Positions 8,722-18,715 of a DNA stretch of 38,602 nt are shown one piece after another. The notes under the pieces are model-generated. The model was not told the DNA's origin and made no database searches. It worked only from the letters and a program-made list of their open reading frames with translations. How positions within the stretch are numbered: position 1 is the first letter of the stretch; the number at the start of each line of letters is the position of its first letter. Origin of the DNA: Candidatus Micrarchaeota archaeon (GTDB lineage: Archaea > B1Sed10-29 > JAJSAI01). The stretch is taken from NCBI GenBank assembly GCA_964625085.1, contig CAZVAJ010000002.1, forward strand, positions 49,347 through 87,948, in the 5' to 3' direction. A program made the position numbers and the translations under genes.

Positions 8722-11700
8722 GCGAATTCCCCCAGTCCCTCAGGGCATGTTCCTGACGGGCAGTAACCGTAAATCATTAAAGTGGGTCTATAATCTTCTT
8801 CTGCATAGAACTTTGCAGTGTCCAACTCTTGAGGCACTGCTGGAAGGAACATTGCCAGCACTAGTGCTGCTTTTTCATCACTCATAGGATACCGATCACC
8901 TGCCTCTTGGATTATGTTAGTTATATTGACTGTTTGCTGGCCCACGTAATCCTCCTGCATGCTGAACTCTGCACTCAGTTCTGGGAACAGCCCCCACATG
9001 GTGTAACAAGCATCTCCTTCATTGCCAGGATCATGAGTGCAGGAGTACACTTCTTCTGGATCTGTGCTAGTAAGATCATCGCAGAACACACTGCCGTACG
9101 CGAGAGGGGTGTCCCTCAATCTGGTTGCTGATAACAGTTTTACTTCCGTAATGTCATCTCCTCCGGGAACGCTGGTTGAAAAACCAAGACTGTAAAGAGA
9201 GAGGTCTGCGTACACCATACTAGCCGCGTCTGACTTAGCCGCCTGCAGCAGGTTCTTCAGCTTAGTGTTGTTGAATTGGATAAATGATCTAACATCATGA
9301 GAGTACCCTTCCCTTTCAATATACTCAAGCAGGTGCTGACCCACTGCAATACAATAGTATGTGGTTTCAGCTGTGTCCAAGTCTGTCTTTTTAACTGCGT
9401 TATAATGGCCTGTTGAAAGAACTTCAAGACGCCTATACTTCAAGCTAACTCCTTTGCCTGGCGCATGATTATTGCTCTCGTCAAGCTCGTCTATACTTGC
9501 TCCTGAATCAACTTCTGCTGATAAGGGGTATACACTTGGAATTTGCTTGCTTGCAGTGTCAATCACAGGAGCGCTAATCGTATAAGTTACGGTCATTGCC
9601 TCTCCTATATCCAAAGGATCATTAAGTGTTAGTGTCTTAGAAAGCGTGCTGCCTGCGAGATCCAGGAGTATACTGAAGGAAGAACCTTTTGGAACTTCTG
9701 CAGCCCCCTGGTTCGTGATCGTCAGGGTCACGTCAAGAGGTTCTCCAAAGTATCCGGGACTGTTCGAGTTCACGTCAGTCCCGTCACCGTGCTGTTCCAC
9801 TTTGCTTATTTCCACGGTCAGGTCGGGCTTCTGCTCGCCTTCAAAGTAGTACGAGTACCTTATTTCAGCCCAGTCTGCACTCAAGGACTTGGAGTAATCG
9901 CAGTATCCTATGCTTGGATCATAATCTTTGCAGATAATCATTTTTTCTTCTTGGCTCGCATCATCTTCCTCTGCCCCTTTAAGCATCACGAGCGCAGGTT
10001 GGCCAACCTCTCTGGCAACGTCAACTTCTGAAGTAATGTCCAGCACAATTTCTTCTCCATCGCTCCACTCTGTAGCATCTGCTGATCCCATCTTCTGCCA
10101 CTTGTTTTCTTCTGGTATGTTGTTCCATGAGTACTTATCTGTTGAAATGTCCTTCCGATCACCTTCAAAACGGTACGCGTTTATCACAAAACTGCCGTCA
10201 GGAGAAACTGTCCCTGGCTTGAGCACGAGGTATGCTGACTTTAAGGTCGCACCTTCCGGTATATTGAGCCTGTTGACATTAAACTGTATCAGTGCTCTGT
10301 TATGCCAGTATCCTTTCCTATGACCTGCCAGCAGGTAATCTGTCTTGTATGAGTCTGGATCATCGCTGAGCACTGTCTCGTACGCCGCGTCCGCGTCATT
10401 GATGCTTATTGTTTTGGAGTAAACAGGAAGAGTAAGGTTGTTCGCGTATACTCCTATTCTCCCTTTCATCGTGTCATAGCACTTTTTGTCAGTGCATACT
10501 GGCTGCTCAGAGTAGACGTCAATCACGTTATAGTATGTGACCTTGTCTCCCTGGTACACTCTGAGGAACACGCGGTCGTTACAGTTCTGTGTGCTTGCAG
10601 TATCCTGGCACATGATCACATTTCCGGGGTAATTGCCCTCATCCTGGATCTTGAGCAGAATCCACATGCTTTTGCCTTCCTCAGCTTGCTGCAGGTAATA
10701 GTCTGTAACGTCAAAGGTCATTTCACCATCCACTTTCACAGGTTCATCATCCAGGAATTCAGGGTTACTCTGCTGGTTGTTCCAGGAGTATGCGCAGGAG
10801 GCATACGTTTGGCCAGAGGTAGTTGGAGTGCTGTCCTCTGCAGAACTGCCTGCTTTCATGCTTCCCTTGTGTGCCTCAATGTACAGTTGGGTTATTCCTG
10901 TTCTCCTGGTTTCTTCTTCAGGGCGCAACACGAGTTCCGCTCTAGTAACATCAGAGTGCGGCATTCCAGTAACGTCGAATTTTATCAGACCCCTGTTCTT
11001 CCACGTTCTGGCATCAGCTCTTGTTCCTACTATAATTTTGTCTGTTCTACAGCTATCTGCCGCGTCTGACTGCAGGGTCTCCCAGTAGTCAAACTCCTTC
11101 TTTCGCACGGTGCCCTGCTGCGCGTTCTTGCCACAGATCTTGTGCTCGAACACAGGGGCATAAGTGACCGTCAGCCAAGGGGTCTCGGTTGTGGGTGATC
11201 TTAAATACGCTTGCTTGCGCTCATGTTCAAACTTAATCCCAAGGCTGACCTTGTCGTCTCCTGTTTCTTTCTGTTCTGCAAGCTCATCACGCAGGGCTTT
11301 TGTAACATCAACTTCGATGGAATCACTGGAGGAAGAGTATGTTCCCACGCCCGCGAACTCTGCGAAAGGAGGATCGTCCCAAGAGAGGTCGGTATAGCTA
11401 TTCCATGCGGAACTTGTTCTGTAAACATCGATTTTATCCCCTTCAAGCACGTCCGGTGAAGTGTAATAAGAATCCAGAGGGATGTGGAACACTGCTCTCG
11501 ATACCCCGAGCTTGTCTTCTGGTATGTTAATTGAGTCAAGGCTGGGAAGTGTAAATTTAGAGTAGGATCTTACGAAGCCAGGCGTTGACTGGTACTCAAC
11601 ATAACCTATTTCAAAGACATTGTAATGGTACCCTGAATCATCTGAGTGGACTGATCCAACAGGACCTGCTGATAATGTTTTTGTAGTGTCTAAGACGGGA

Positions 11701-13706
11701 ATTTCTCTCTTGCTTAAATCATAGCACGCGTCCCCGCTCACGAAGTATGTCTCTGTTATGGGATTATCAACAGTGTCTGACGGGCCTCTGTCCACAGCAT
11801 CAGAGCATTGTTTTGGTTTTCTAGACTCGTCTACTCCTGCCAGTTCTCTGTCCACGGTCACGTAGGTATCAATGTGGAACAGGTCTCCTGACCTGTCCCC
11901 AAAGTCCACTCTTAACAAGGGATCATCTGGGTCATACACTTTTATTTTTGCGTATTCTCTCATTTCCCGGTAGACCTTGTAGTAGTGTCTTGTGACAAGG
12001 TACTTGACCAGGCAGTTTCCAGTGCCTCCTTGCGCACTGCAGTCAGTGTCCGCAGGTATCCTGCCCTCTGTTTTTGCCTGCTCGCACAAGTCAATACTTT
12101 TCTGTACATCTTCATGGGATCTTGCGTTGCAGCAGAACGCTGGATCGTTTTCTGCAAGCACAGGGTTCCCGTCAGAGTCGTAGAAGAAACCGTTGCAGTC
12201 TGTGTGGCATACTGCGCACGTGGCATTGCCGTCCTCGTACCCATCGTACGTGCTGTAGAGAATCTGTCCTTTGACAGGAGGAAGCAGACTGATGTTAAGA
12301 ATCCTTTGTACTTGCACTGTCTTTGTCTTGCTCATTGTCCCGGATTTCACGGTGAACGGGATTGTAGCAGTTATCTTGAACGTGCAGCGCGTGCTCGTGC
12401 TCTCAATCTGCTGGACATCAATTTTGCTTGAAGAGTAGCCTACAGTCACTTGTTCTGGTATTACTGCTGTGACCTCTTTTGCGAACTGGGAGAAGTGGTC
12501 TGAAATCCTGTTTTTCACTTCCCATTCCATCTTACTGCACGCTTCTTGCAGGACGTGTTTTCCTATTGGCTGATTGTCTGGGCTTTCTGGATTGGGAGAG
12601 ATTGTGCAAGAAGTTTGGCCGTTGTACTGGTAGTCCATTATTCCGCAGCCTTCTGTCTGGTAGCCTTGGGTGTAAGAGCATACTGGATTACCGTTCTCGT
12701 CTTCAACTTCTGTGTAATACGAGCCTTCTGGACAGTTCACTGGGGTGTACTCAACGCAAAGGGGATAGAAGCTCTCCTCACAGGAGGAGGATGTACTTAC
12801 GACTTTGCAGTTATCTTGTGACTGCGGATCACTGCAAGCAGGCAGTATCTGAAGGCCTCCGGTGCCCTGAACAGAAACAGTCTCAGGAGGCTGGAGTCCG
12901 ATCTTCTCGCACCCCAAAAATTTTAGGCACTTTTGCCCGTACGTGCCTGTCGTGTAGTAGCCTGCTCCAGTGGTCAGACCGTACTTGTTCACTCCTCCGA
13001 CATTGCATCCTGGGTGTCCTGACTCTTCTCCTGCCTTGTAGTATACTGTGTAAACATAGTTGGTTCCAGCACTTCCTGTTCGGGCAAACGAGAAAGAAGA
13101 TGAGGCTTCTTGATCTGTGACCGTCTGCACTCTTATTTTTTCAACTTTGCTCCAGTCAATGCTTTCAGGATCATCAACCCATACTTTTACTTTTTGGCCC
13201 ACTCCTCCTGACACTCTGGCAGACCCTGCAGGATCTGGTCCGATCAAATTGTTTGAACCGTCCTCAAACCATATTCTTACTTCTCCGGAGCTTGCTGGTT
13301 TTATCCACAGTTCAACGCTCGTGACCGGAGAGCCATAACCAGACGCAGCATAGGATAACCTTAAAAGACTTATCGCAGGGGTTGAAGGGAACCATTGGTA
13401 GTTTTCAGGGTCTCCTGACTCAAGGGCGATTGCTTCCACAGGCCGAGTAACAGTGTATGCTTTTACGCCTACTGAAAGTGCGTCTGCTGCAGCGTCCTGC
13501 AGCGCGTCTGCAAAAACGTTGGCTGCTCTGGTCTCGAACATTGCCCTTTGCAGGTCAACTGTTTCATAGTATACTCTGTCTATTTCTGAGACGTCCGAGG
13601 ATGCTTTTTCTATCATGAAGCTTGATGTTATCAGGAAGTTCAGGACTATTACCACCACTGCCATTATCACGAACGCTATTCCGGATATCGCGTATGCTTT
13701 TCTCAT
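8718..13706 (-). CDS. Giant (~1662 aa) pilus-associated putative adhesin with four DNRLRE-like domains and a CARDB domain
   Basis: ATG at 13706 overlaps the upstream TGA. N-terminus MRKA-YAISGIAFVIMAVVVIVLNFL (prepilin-like/anchor helix). Cys-rich region. Repeats RSYSKF/RGLIKFD/RALIQFN/RSFIQFN each followed by A-x-L-x-L and (F/L/V)D(V/I)T. CARDB PDLTV...TNQG...VD...IDELDESNN. Confidence 0.8.
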   Translation of the reverse strand: MRKAYAISGIAFVIMAVVVIVLNFLITSSFMIEKASSDVSEIDRVYYETVDLQRAMFETRAANVFADALQDAAADALSVGVKAYTVTRPVEAIALESGDPENYQWFPSTPAISLLRLSYAASGYGSPVTSVELWIKPASSGEVRIWFEDGSNNLIGPDPAGSARVSGGVGQKVKVWVDDPESIDWSKVEKIRVQTVTDQEASSSFSFARTGSAGTNYVYTVYYKAGEESGHPGCNVGGVNKYGLTTGAGYYTTGTYGQKCLKFLGCEKIGLQPPETVSVQGTGGLQILPACSDPQSQDNCKVVSTSSSCEESFYPLCVEYTPVNCPEGSYYTEVEDENGNPVCSYTQGYQTEGCGIMDYQYNGQTSCTISPNPESPDNQPIGKHVLQEACSKMEWEVKNRISDHFSQFAKEVTAVIPEQVTVGYSSSKIDVQQIESTSTRCTFKITATIPFTVKSGTMSKTKTVQVQRILNISLLPPVKGQILYSTYDGYEDGNATCAVCHTDCNGFFYDSDGNPVLAENDPAFCCNARSHEDVQKSIDLCEQAKTEGRIPADTDCSAQGGTGNCLVKYLVTRHYYKVYREMREYAKIKVYDPDDPLLRVDFGDRSGDLFHIDTYVTVDRELAGVDESRKPKQCSDAVDRGPSDTVDNPITETYFVSGDACYDLSKREIPVLDTTKTLSAGPVGSVHSDDSGYHYNVFEIGYVEYQSTPGFVRSYSKFTLPSLDSINIPEDKLGVSRAVFHIPLDSYYTSPDVLEGDKIDVYRTSSAWNSYTDLSWDDPPFAEFAGVGTYSSSSDSIEVDVTKALRDELAEQKETGDDKVSLGIKFEHERKQAYLRSPTTETPWLTVTYAPVFEHKICGKNAQQGTVRKKEFDYWETLQSDAADSCRTDKIIVGTRADARTWKNRGLIKFDVTGMPHSDVTRAELVLRPEEETRRTGITQLYIEAHKGSMKAGSSAEDSTPTTSGQTYASCAYSWNNQQSNPEFLDDEPVKVDGEMTFDVTDYYLQQAEEGKSMWILLKIQDEGNYPGNVIMCQDTASTQNCNDRVFLRVYQGDKVTYYNVIDVYSEQPVCTDKKCYDTMKGRIGVYANNLTLPVYSKTISINDADAAYETVLSDDPDSYKTDYLLAGHRKGYWHNRALIQFNVNRLNIPEGATLKSAYLVLKPGTVSPDGSFVINAYRFEGDRKDISTDKYSWNNIPEENKWQKMGSADATEWSDGEEIVLDITSEVDVAREVGQPALVMLKGAEEDDASQEEKMIICKDYDPSIGYCDYSKSLSADWAEIRYSYYFEGEQKPDLTVEISKVEQHGDGTDVNSNSPGYFGEPLDVTLTITNQGAAEVPKGSSFSILLDLAGSTLSKTLTLNDPLDIGEAMTVTYTISAPVIDTASKQIPSVYPLSAEVDSGASIDELDESNNHAPGKGVSLKYRRLEVLSTGHYNAVKKTDLDTAETTYYCIAVGQHLLEYIEREGYSHDVRSFIQFNNTKLKNLLQAAKSDAASMVYADLSLYSLGFSTSVPGGDDITEVKLLSATRLRDTPLAYGSVFCDDLTSTDPEEVYSCTHDPGNEGDACYTMWGLFPELSAEFSMQEDYVGQQTVNITNIIQEAGDRYPMSDEKAALVLAMFLPAVPQELDTAKFYAEEDYRPTLMIYGYCPSGTCPEGLGEFA

Positions 13707-14161
13707 TTCGTGCATGCTTGTGTCACTCCTGTATACCAGATTTCTGAGCCAATGGAGTATAATCCTGCGTACAGCCACTTGTTCGCGTACGGGTACAGCA
13801 TGAGCGTCTGCTTGTCAATCGGATAGTTTGAGGGAACGTAGTTTTGTACGTTGTCGTCGTACCCGTAGTCCCGTATGCTCGCGTACTGCAGGTCTTTTGA
13901 GGCTCCTACATCTCCTGATCCAGCGCATGCTGTTGTGTACCCGTACTCTTCAGGATTCATTTGAACGTCAACTTCTCCTTGCCGATAGTAGTACCTTGCT
14001 TCGTGCAGGTCGCGGGCTACACGGTGCAGTTGTGTCATGTCGCTTGTTGGGGAGTAGTATGGTTCTAGCACGAGCAGGTAGGTTGTCATGAAAAATATTC
14101 CTATGTATATTGCGAACACTGCGTCAAGGCTGAACACCAATCCTCTTTTCTGTCTGGACAT
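13703..14161 (-). CDS. Minor pilin-like protein (class III signal peptide)
   Basis: MSRQKRG|LVFSLDAVFAIYIGIFF hydrophobic helix after a basic leader. Confidence 0.8.
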   Translation of the reverse strand: MSRQKRGLVFSLDAVFAIYIGIFFMTTYLLVLEPYYSPTSDMTQLHRVARDLHEARYYYRQGEVDVQMNPEEYGYTTACAGSGDVGASKDLQYASIRDYGYDDNVQNYVPSNYPIDKQTLMLYPYANKWLYAGLYSIGSEIWYTGVTQACTK

Positions 14162-14164
14162 TAT

Positions 14165-15871
14165 TTATCCTCCCCCTACCTTTTCCACAACCACTTCCAC
14201 ATAAAGACCGTTATCGTCTTCATCTGTTTCCCTGACCTCATAATAATTATCTGTGGACATTGCCAGCCGTATTAGTTTAGTACTTGAATCTTGACCAACC
14301 GCAGGAACTGTCCATTCTGCTTCAAGTTCTTTTTCTGAGTTCGCGTCCATGCGTTGGATCGAGAATGTTTTATCCAGTAAAGCAGGGCCGGCTGCAGTAC
14401 TGTCTTCTGAAAGAAGATGAACTGAGAACGGGTCAATAACATCATAGTTTCGGGTGTTGGTTATGATTGCTTTCACTGTGATGGTTTGACCTTCTATGAC
14501 GTGAATCATGCTATCGTCAGGATCAGAAGGTATCTCTCTTCCTTCAGAATCGTAGAGTTTTATTTCTTCTGCTTTTATGTTGGGCAGGCCGATGTGTATT
14601 CCAGTGCTAAGCATGTTATTGTCTTCTTTTTCTTCTGTAAGCATGTTCTTTACCCAGAGGTATGTATCGCTTAAGTCTGAGGAGTAAGGATCTACTTCTG
14701 CAGTCAAGGTCGCCTCAAACTCTGAGGTGCCTTCTGGAAGAGGAATAAGCGCGTACGTGTTCTTGAGGTTAAAGTTTTTGGTAGCTGTTTCTGCAGAAGC
14801 AAGTGTCTCATAAGCTGAAAGAAACTCAGGGACACTTCCCACACTCCAATCTTCCGTGCTAACAGTAAGATAAGAGTAAATCCCTTTATCAGACGCTACT
14901 GCATCACCCACTCCCACGTTTTTGACAGTGTACTTTCCTGTAATGTCTTCTCCGTACGTGAAGTATTCTTTGTCAGGGTTTATTGAGAGCACGATCAGGT
15001 CAGGATAGCCTACTGTGAACACGGCGTGCGCGATGTTGTCTGTTTCGGTCGTTTCTGTGACCGTGTTCTCTGCGTCCACTACCGCGTACAAGATGTGGCT
15101 TCCTTCCGAAAGTTCTGTTGTACTAAGCGTTAGTGTCCACGGGCTGCTTTGGCCTCCTGCTGGAATATCTGAAAACGTGCGCGAGCCAATGATCTCTCCT
15201 GTCACCGAATCATCAAGCCTGAGGTCTGCTCTGAACTGCTGGTCTGCAGACTGTGCTCCTGTGTTCGATATCGTCACGGTTACTTTAACCTCAGATCCGG
15301 GGACAGGGTTTTGAGGATCAATGCTTATGCTTGCAATCAGGTTAGGCATGTTAGATGGGTTGAGTCCTGAGTACTGTGCCTGTTCTTCTTCAGAAAGCGG
15401 GCAGACTGAAACAAACAGAACTGCAGGCACAGCTCCTGTACCGTCATCATAGTATACAAGACGCCGGGTAACGCCAACAAGTTCTTTTGAAGGATCACAT
15501 GAGCGGACATGAAACTGATTAGTCCCTTTAATGCTGCCTCCTTTCACTCCTATTATTCCAATCTCTCCTGCGTACCCGCTTCCCAGCATCTGAGTCATCG
15601 TGTCACTTATTTTCTTCTTAACTTCATCAGGAGTTCCCTTGATCAGGTTCGGGTGCCTGTTCCCGTACTCATCATGGTACGCGAGATTTTCTTTGACCGC
15701 GACTTGAGCAACGTCCTGCGCGATTTGGTCTAGTTTCATTTGCTCTATTCTGCCCGCGCCTGAGAATGCCTGCTGGTACCACATGCTTGCGTAGGACAGA
15801 ACAATAACTATGCCTATCACTGCCAAAAACACGTCCAAGGTAAACACTTGTCCTTTCTTACTGTTTCTCAT
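14165..15871 (-). CDS. Minor pilin with three CARDB-like Ig domains
   Basis: MRNSKKG|QVFTLDVFLAVIGIVIVL; three modules starting PNL/PDL/PNI and ending E-x-x-E-x-(D/N)N. ATG 15871 overlaps the upstream TGA. Confidence 0.85.
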   Translation of the reverse strand: MRNSKKGQVFTLDVFLAVIGIVIVLSYASMWYQQAFSGAGRIEQMKLDQIAQDVAQVAVKENLAYHDEYGNRHPNLIKGTPDEVKKKISDTMTQMLGSGYAGEIGIIGVKGGSIKGTNQFHVRSCDPSKELVGVTRRLVYYDDGTGAVPAVLFVSVCPLSEEEQAQYSGLNPSNMPNLIASISIDPQNPVPGSEVKVTVTISNTGAQSADQQFRADLRLDDSVTGEIIGSRTFSDIPAGGQSSPWTLTLSTTELSEGSHILYAVVDAENTVTETTETDNIAHAVFTVGYPDLIVLSINPDKEYFTYGEDITGKYTVKNVGVGDAVASDKGIYSYLTVSTEDWSVGSVPEFLSAYETLASAETATKNFNLKNTYALIPLPEGTSEFEATLTAEVDPYSSDLSDTYLWVKNMLTEEKEDNNMLSTGIHIGLPNIKAEEIKLYDSEGREIPSDPDDSMIHVIEGQTITVKAIITNTRNYDVIDPFSVHLLSEDSTAAGPALLDKTFSIQRMDANSEKELEAEWTVPAVGQDSSTKLIRLAMSTDNYYEVRETDEDDNGLYVEVVVEKVGGG

Positions 15872-17424
15872 TCGCATACCTCTCTTTCAGGATAGTAGTT
15901 TAGGTTAGGCTCTGGCCTTATATCACAGTTGCCTCCGATCGTGTACAGGGGGAAACAATATCCTTCATACTTTCCAGGATCTTCACTGCAAAAATATGCA
16001 GTGCCACTTGTAAGAGGGCCTGCACCTCTGTTGCGGTAACCGCAGGAGATCGTGTACGTGTTAGCGTAAGGGGAGTTTTCTTTTCCTTTTAACAAATGCC
16101 CAGTGGGGAAGATAACTGCACCTGAAGAATCTTTTGGAAGGGAATGCAAACAAGCAGTATAAAAATTAGTGAACTCTTGAGAATCTGCTGGAAAAAAGTC
16201 AGGGGGCTGAATCCCTGTGTCCTCAAAGTACTGGACTAGCTCGTTCTCGTCCACGGAATTGGCTGAAGTATACTGCTGTCCACTATACTCAATGGTTTTA
16301 ACTCCAAGTGAATATGAAGTCAATAATGAGGAATCTGGACTTGTTTTTACCGAAAATGAATTATCTGATTCAAAGTAACTTTTGCCTGCCGTGCAGTGCC
16401 TGAATTTGACAGTGCACTCTGGCAGGCTGGTTTTGCACGCGGACTGGAAAACTGCAGGATTGGACGCGATACACCCGTCATAGTAGTAGTAGTCTAAGGG
16501 AGCAGGGTACGTGAAATCATACTCTCCAAACATGGTGTGGACAGTATTTTCCCCTTTGTTCTTGCTTATGTCTGCTTCCTGGTACTCTGTTGGGGTCACG
16601 CTTATTACAGGCACTTTTGATCTTGCGTTATAATAGTCTGCTGCTCCAAGACCCAATGCCTTTAAGGCGTTCATTCTTGAACCCATTCCAACAGACGCTG
16701 CCTTGGCCTGTAAGGCAGTTCCGTACTCTTTTGCTTGGCTGGTCATTGTTACCGCGTAGTTTTGGACTACTATCATGACCATAAGCAGGAGGATGATCGC
16801 GGCCACTGCATCAATACTAATAAGGCCTTTTCTTTTCCGCCGCCTGCGCTTTTTCATCACTATTTCTGAAGGGACTGCTCCTTTAAGAAAGCTTGTCTTG
16901 AGTTTCACGATCACTTTGTCCCCTTTTTTTGCTTTATTATTTTTTACAATGTATTCTCCTGCTTTGATTCCTGCGAATATGTCGTAGTCTATTTTCACGA
17001 CTGCCTTGTCCTTGTCAGCTATTGTTACTTTTCCTTCTACTGTTTTTTTCCTGAAAGCGGTCCGGATTATTATGAATGCTATGATTACTGACAGGGCAAG
17101 GTATCCTGTTCTTTTTATCGTGCTGAAGGGGTCTGTGACAAGGCTTGCTGAAAGCAAGTTCATCAGCCAAGGGGTAAGCAAGGCAAATGCGAACAGTCCA
17201 GTGAAGAGGACTGCGTGAGACGTGAACTGAGGATATTTTTCTTTCTTGAAACAGTACAAGGAATATAAAAGCAGGCCTAGGAACAGCGTGTTAAGGTAGT
17301 ACGCTTGAGGAGCCAGTTTTGACGCGATCGAGGTGAACAGGCCTAACATCACACTGACTTCCATTACCAGGATGTAGTATCCTTTTGCTGACCCCTGCTT
17401 TTTCTCGTAGTATTTTTTCAGCAT
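15868..17424 (-). CDS. Fusion: DUF2101-like membrane protein plus internal class III prepilin domain
   Basis: Start ATG 17424 with GGTGA RBS. About 4 TM, then VEGKV...DIFAGIKAGEYIV...KGDKVIVKL...P (recalled DUF2101 pattern). Continues in frame into MKKRRRRKRKG|LISIDAVAAIILLL (ATG 16857). Confidence 0.75.
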   Translation of the reverse strand: MLKKYYEKKQGSAKGYYILVMEVSVMLGLFTSIASKLAPQAYYLNTLFLGLLLYSLYCFKKEKYPQFTSHAVLFTGLFAFALLTPWLMNLLSASLVTDPFSTIKRTGYLALSVIIAFIIIRTAFRKKTVEGKVTIADKDKAVVKIDYDIFAGIKAGEYIVKNNKAKKGDKVIVKLKTSFLKGAVPSEIVMKKRRRRKRKGLISIDAVAAIILLLMVMIVVQNYAVTMTSQAKEYGTALQAKAASVGMGSRMNALKALGLGAADYYNARSKVPVISVTPTEYQEADISKNKGENTVHTMFGEYDFTYPAPLDYYYYDGCIASNPAVFQSACKTSLPECTVKFRHCTAGKSYFESDNSFSVKTSPDSSLLTSYSLGVKTIEYSGQQYTSANSVDENELVQYFEDTGIQPPDFFPADSQEFTNFYTACLHSLPKDSSGAVIFPTGHLLKGKENSPYANTYTISCGYRNRGAGPLTSGTAYFCSEDPGKYEGYCFPLYTIGGNCDIRPEPNLNYYPEREVCE

Positions 17425-17429
17425 GATCT

Positions 17430-17849
17430 TCACCCGTAGTGCAGTGGATAATCTTGTCCTCCGCACGAGATTATGTTATTCTGGTCAGAGGATTCTGCTC
17501 CACAGTAGCTTGTTTCAACCCATTCTTCAATTTGGGTTAACAACTCTTCTTGGGCGTTTTGGTCTGCTGGCGCGCATGGGCCTGTCATGTTAATGTGTAC
17601 TTCTCTGTCCTGCATGACAAGCTTGTTCAGCCTTGTTCCTGCACATGCTCCATTCTGGATTATCATCATGCCTATCTCGTAGTTAGCTCTGTCTTTAACG
17701 CTTGAGAGCAAGAGTGTTTTCTGAGTCTCGTCCATAGCGTCTATCATTATCACTCCAACTACGAAGGTTACTGCTGCCATTACTGCCAGCATTTCTATTG
17801 AAGCTTGTCCTTTTCTTTTTTTAGTATATTCTTCGAATGATAAGGCCAA
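17430..17849 (-). CDS. Pilin-like protein (class III signal peptide)
   Basis: TTG start with GGAGGAG RBS; KKRKG|QASIEMLAVMAAVTFVV. Confidence 0.85.
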   Translation of the reverse strand: MALSFEEYTKKRKGQASIEMLAVMAAVTFVVGVIMIDAMDETQKTLLLSSVKDRANYEIGMMIIQNGACAGTRLNKLVMQDREVHINMTGPCAPADQNAQEELLTQIEEWVETSYCGAESSDQNNIISCGGQDYPLHYG

Positions 17850-18300
17850 CTTTTTCTCCTCCTTTTACTCCAGGGTGTGCTTCCCCGGTGCCGGGAATTT
17901 CTATGTTCTCGCATGCTGGGCACTGGTAGTCTATTCCGTACGCAGGGTACCCGATCACTTCTTGTATTCCTGCAGAGTCTCCGGTACAAAGCGCGTTAAC
18001 TTGAGTTACTTGGTATCCTCCTTCTAGTGTTGTGCTTGTCAGGTAGTAATAGCAGTCAGGGGCTGTTCTTAGGCTGACCTCTTGTTGTGCGCCTGCTCCT
18101 TCTTGGAGCAGTGTTTTTGTGATCGTCTGGATTTTCTGGGAGTTAGCGTTGATCAGTTCTTTTGACTGCATCATGCTCGCGTTGCGCAGGGAGTCGTGCA
18201 TGAGCGGCAGTGTTATCGCGAAGAATAAGGTTATGACTACCGTGAGCGTGGCCAGAAAGTCTATTGTTATTTGTCCTTTTTTGTCATGATGCTGGCGCAA
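17821..18300 (-). CDS. Pilin-like protein (class III signal peptide)
   Basis: KKG|QITIDFLATLTVVITLFFAI; TTG start with GGAGTGA RBS (see finding on alternative start). Confidence 0.85.
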   Translation of the reverse strand: MRQHHDKKGQITIDFLATLTVVITLFFAITLPLMHDSLRNASMMQSKELINANSQKIQTITKTLLQEGAGAQQEVSLRTAPDCYYYLTSTTLEGGYQVTQVNALCTGDSAGIQEVIGYPAYGIDYQCPACENIEIPGTGEAHPGVKGGEKVGLIIRRIY

Positions 18301-18715
18301 TGCGTATCACTCCTGTGCTTGAAGCTTCTTTTGTTTTGTCTCCTATTTTAGGAGAGGGGTCTGAAGTTATCTTAACTTTTTTGGATGCTGCCAAAACCCT
18401 TCGTTCCACGCTGCTGGGGTTTGTTGGATCCAGCTGGCAGTAGCTCCAGACAACGTTGTCGTACACCTGGTACTCGCAGTACCCTGGAACTTGTACTGGC
18501 ACGGTTCTGAACGTTTTCAGGTGTTCTACTTCCCATACCGCGAGCTCTAGTTCTTTGCTGGTCTGCTTTAATAGAAGATCGCGTTCAGTGCCGGCTGTTG
18601 AGCCCATTGTCGTGGTCATCAGGTCCAGGCCAAGCGAGATCATCATGATGAGCATGATTGTGAGCACTGTGATGTATTCTATTGCTGCCTGGCCTTTGCG
18701 GTTTTTCAAGCGCAT
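18284..18715 (-). CDS. Pilin-like protein (class III signal peptide)
   Basis: MRLKNRKG|QAAIEYITVLTIMLIMMI. Confidence 0.88.
   Translation of the reverse strand: MRLKNRKGQAAIEYITVLTIMLIMMISLGLDLMTTTMGSTAGTERDLLLKQTSKELELAVWEVEHLKTFRTVPVQVPGYCEYQVYDNVVWSYCQLDPTNPSSVERRVLAASKKVKITSDPSPKIGDKTKEASSTGVIRIAPAS

Noticed and set aside
12204..12218. CAVCH, a CxxCH heme-c-like motif in the giant adhesin
   Set aside because: Single occurrence within a Cys-rich disulfide region, with no cytochrome context.
13707..13778. N-terminal extension of the 1686-aa ORF in the track
   Set aside because: Overlaps the upstream pilin gene; ATG 13706 gives the ATGA coupling and a proper leader.
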